From Thermoplasmata archaeon (GTDB lineage Archaea > Thermoplasmatota > Thermoplasmata > Thermoplasmatales > ARK-15): a stretch of DNA of 45,580 nucleotides. The stretch spans positions 1 to 45,580 of the forward strand of contig JBMFSK010000002.1 of assembly GCA_049967595.1 (NCBI GenBank), read 5' to 3'. Of this stretch, positions 43,938 through 45,580 are shown piece after piece; within the stretch, counting starts at the first letter, position 1; each line of letters starts with the position of its first letter. The position numbers and the translations under genes are program-made. The notes below the pieces were generated by a model. That model saw only the letters and a program-made list of their open reading frames with translations, had not been told where the DNA came from and made no database searches.

Positions 43938-45521
43938 CTCTTTTTTATCTATTTTGTTAGTGCTTGTTTTGGGCATTGTATCAACAAAGATAATATCATC
44001 GGGTATCCACCATTTCTGTATTCTTCCTGTATCCACAAACTTGTAGAGTTCATCAAATATCTTTTCTTTGTTAGATTTTGCTTTTAAAGAAATAAAAGCT
44101 ACAGGCCTTTCACCCCATTTTGGATCGGGTTTTCCTATTATTGCAACTTCACCTACTTCTGGTATTTCTGAAATTATGTTTTCCAAAATTAATGAAGGTA
44201 TAAATTCTCCACCACTCTTAACAGCGTCCTTTTCCCTGTCAACTATGTGAATATAACCTTTTGAATCAACAACAGCAAGATCACCAGTATGTAACCAGTC
44301 ATCCTTCCATAATTCTTTTGTTTTTTCCGGATCTTTATAATATTCATCGGTAAGCCATGGAGCCCTTACAGTGATTTCACCAATGGTTTTATTATCCCAT
44401 GGCACATCCTTATTATTTGAATCAACTATTCTCATGTTTACAAGAATGGCAGGTCTTCCAGTGCTGATCATATAATCGAATTTTTCTTCATCCTGCATAT
44501 CCTGGGTATCTCCGGTAAACAATGCAGCGGTGAGTAAAGGGCAAGTTTCTGACATGCCATATGCTCCAACTGTTGTTATTCCGAATGATTTTGCCATTTT
44601 GGCTAATCCTTTAGGCAGTGCAGCTCCTCCTATAATCACTTTCCATCCATTCAGGTATTTCGCGTATTGTTCAATTTCTGGATATGTTAGTATCATGTAA
44701 AGTATTGATGGAACCATGTGTGAAAATGTAACATGCTCATTTTTTATCATTTCAAGAATTTTTTTTACATCATACCTTCCAGGGAGAACGTACTTTTTAC
44801 CAGTCATTATCGCAAGATATGGCACTCCCCAAGAATGAACGTGAAACATAGGAACCAGTCCCAAGAATATATCTTTTTCTGTAATGTTCAGTGGAGAATA
44901 ACCTATACTCATAGCTAGTGCTTGTGCATGTAAAATGAGTTTTCTATGAGAAAACGTGACACCTTTAGGCAAACCCGTCGTTCCTGATGTATAAAATATT
45001 GTTGCTATAGTTCTTTCATCAATATCCGGAGGATCTATAGGTTCTGATGAATCAAGAATTCTTTCATAGTTATAATAAGGGTTAAGGGTGGTCTTTACTT
45101 CTTCATCTGTATCTGAATACACAATCCATCCTTTCACAAAATCAAATAGGGACGCTGCTCTTTCCACCATTGGTAAAAATTCGTCCCTGATTATCACAAA
45201 TTTATCCCCAGCGTGATTCATTGTATAAAATATTATTTCTGGTGGATATCTAATGTTCACCGTATGCAACACTGCACCTATCATTGGAACAGCATAGTAA
45301 CTTTCAAGGTAATGATAAGTATCCCAGTCAAGAACTGCTACCTTGTCACCCTCCTTTATGCCTAGGTTAACTAATCCATTGGCTAGTCTTTTTACTCTAT
45401 CATAAAATTCCTTGTATGTGTATCTTTTCAAATCTTGGTATACAATTTCCTGATCTCCAAATGTCCAGATCGAAGATGGAAATATGCTTTTTATGTTCAA
45501 TTGAAAATCTTTAGATGTCAT
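43920..45521 (-). CDS. AMP-dependent acyl-CoA synthetase/ligase (fatty-acid--CoA ligase type)
   Basis: AMP-binding motif IFYTSGTTGLPKGV, plus YGMSE, TGD and a C-terminal K (STNKIDKK). Confidence 0.9.
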   Translation of the reverse strand: MTSKDFQLNIKSIFPSSIWTFGDQEIVYQDLKRYTYKEFYDRVKRLANGLVNLGIKEGDKVAVLDWDTYHYLESYYAVPMIGAVLHTVNIRYPPEIIFYTMNHAGDKFVIIRDEFLPMVERAASLFDFVKGWIVYSDTDEEVKTTLNPYYNYERILDSSEPIDPPDIDERTIATIFYTSGTTGLPKGVTFSHRKLILHAQALAMSIGYSPLNITEKDIFLGLVPMFHVHSWGVPYLAIMTGKKYVLPGRYDVKKILEMIKNEHVTFSHMVPSILYMILTYPEIEQYAKYLNGWKVIIGGAALPKGLAKMAKSFGITTVGAYGMSETCPLLTAALFTGDTQDMQDEEKFDYMISTGRPAILVNMRIVDSNNKDVPWDNKTIGEITVRAPWLTDEYYKDPEKTKELWKDDWLHTGDLAVVDSKGYIHIVDREKDAVKSGGEFIPSLILENIISEIPEVGEVAIIGKPDPKWGERPVAFISLKAKSNKEKIFDELYKFVDTGRIQKWWIPDDIIFVDTMPKTSTNKIDKKELRKML

Positions 45522-45580
45522 AATAGCTCATGAGTTTCATATATAAAAATGTTTTTTATGGCCATTTTTCTAAATCCTGT

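Noticed and set aside
45549-45580. A possible start of a plus-strand ORF (MFFMAIFLNP...) at the window edge.
   Set aside because: Only 10 codons are visible, which is insufficient evidence.
1-45580. I looked for CRISPR arrays, IS elements and transposases, integrases, reverse transcriptases, classic defence genes, rRNA and C/D-box sRNAs in the spacers.
   Set aside because: None was seen. There are no regularly spaced repeats, no transposase- or integrase-like ORFs, and no RUGAUGA/CUGA box pairs in any spacer over 50 bp. A by-eye scan cannot exclude short or degenerate elements.

Overview
This is a visibly AT-rich, very gene-dense archaeal chromosome segment. I did not compute GC. I count about 55 protein genes and 3 tRNAs, with no rRNA, CRISPR array, transposase or integrase. 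Most of it is archaeal housekeeping. That includes RadA, Orc1/Cdc6, an Lhr-type helicase, Pelota, aIF2-alpha, aIF6, Nop10, Nob1, Dph2, a PAC2 chaperone, CysRS, TruA and HflX. It also includes ribosomal proteins S19e/L39e/L31e and L44e/S27e in typical euryarchaeal synteny, an aldehyde:ferredoxin oxidoreductase and an M1 aminopeptidase with a HEAT-repeat tail. The overall flavour is euryarchaeal, possibly Thermoplasmata-like, but that is inference only. Many neighbouring genes overlap by 4-22 nt, so intergenic DNA is scarce and the few long spacers stand out. The most unusual locus is 31.05-33.4 kb, next to tRNA-Ser(GGA). A 313-bp AT-rich spacer carries phased ATTACAA/ATACAA repeats. It is followed by a tandem ribbon-helix-helix (RHH) protein, an overlapping FtsZ/tubulin homolog that has only the GTPase domain, and an orphan motif-permuted N6/N4-type methyltransferase. 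I read this as a diverged cdrS-ftsZ2-like or partition-like cytomotive module, and it is my best candidate for an undescribed system. The second candidate is 38.0-40.9 kb: an orphan radical SAM/SPASM maturase, a ferritin-like helical protein and an MFS transporter. Smaller observations include a Mut7-C nuclease coupled to pelota, a bacterial class I GAPDH, and a truA/tRNA-Cys overlap. Others are a shared 20-nt flank at both tRNA-Ser genes and two sub-60-aa genes (L39e, Nop10) missing from the ORF track. All family calls come from motif recognition by eye. No database or structure searches were run.
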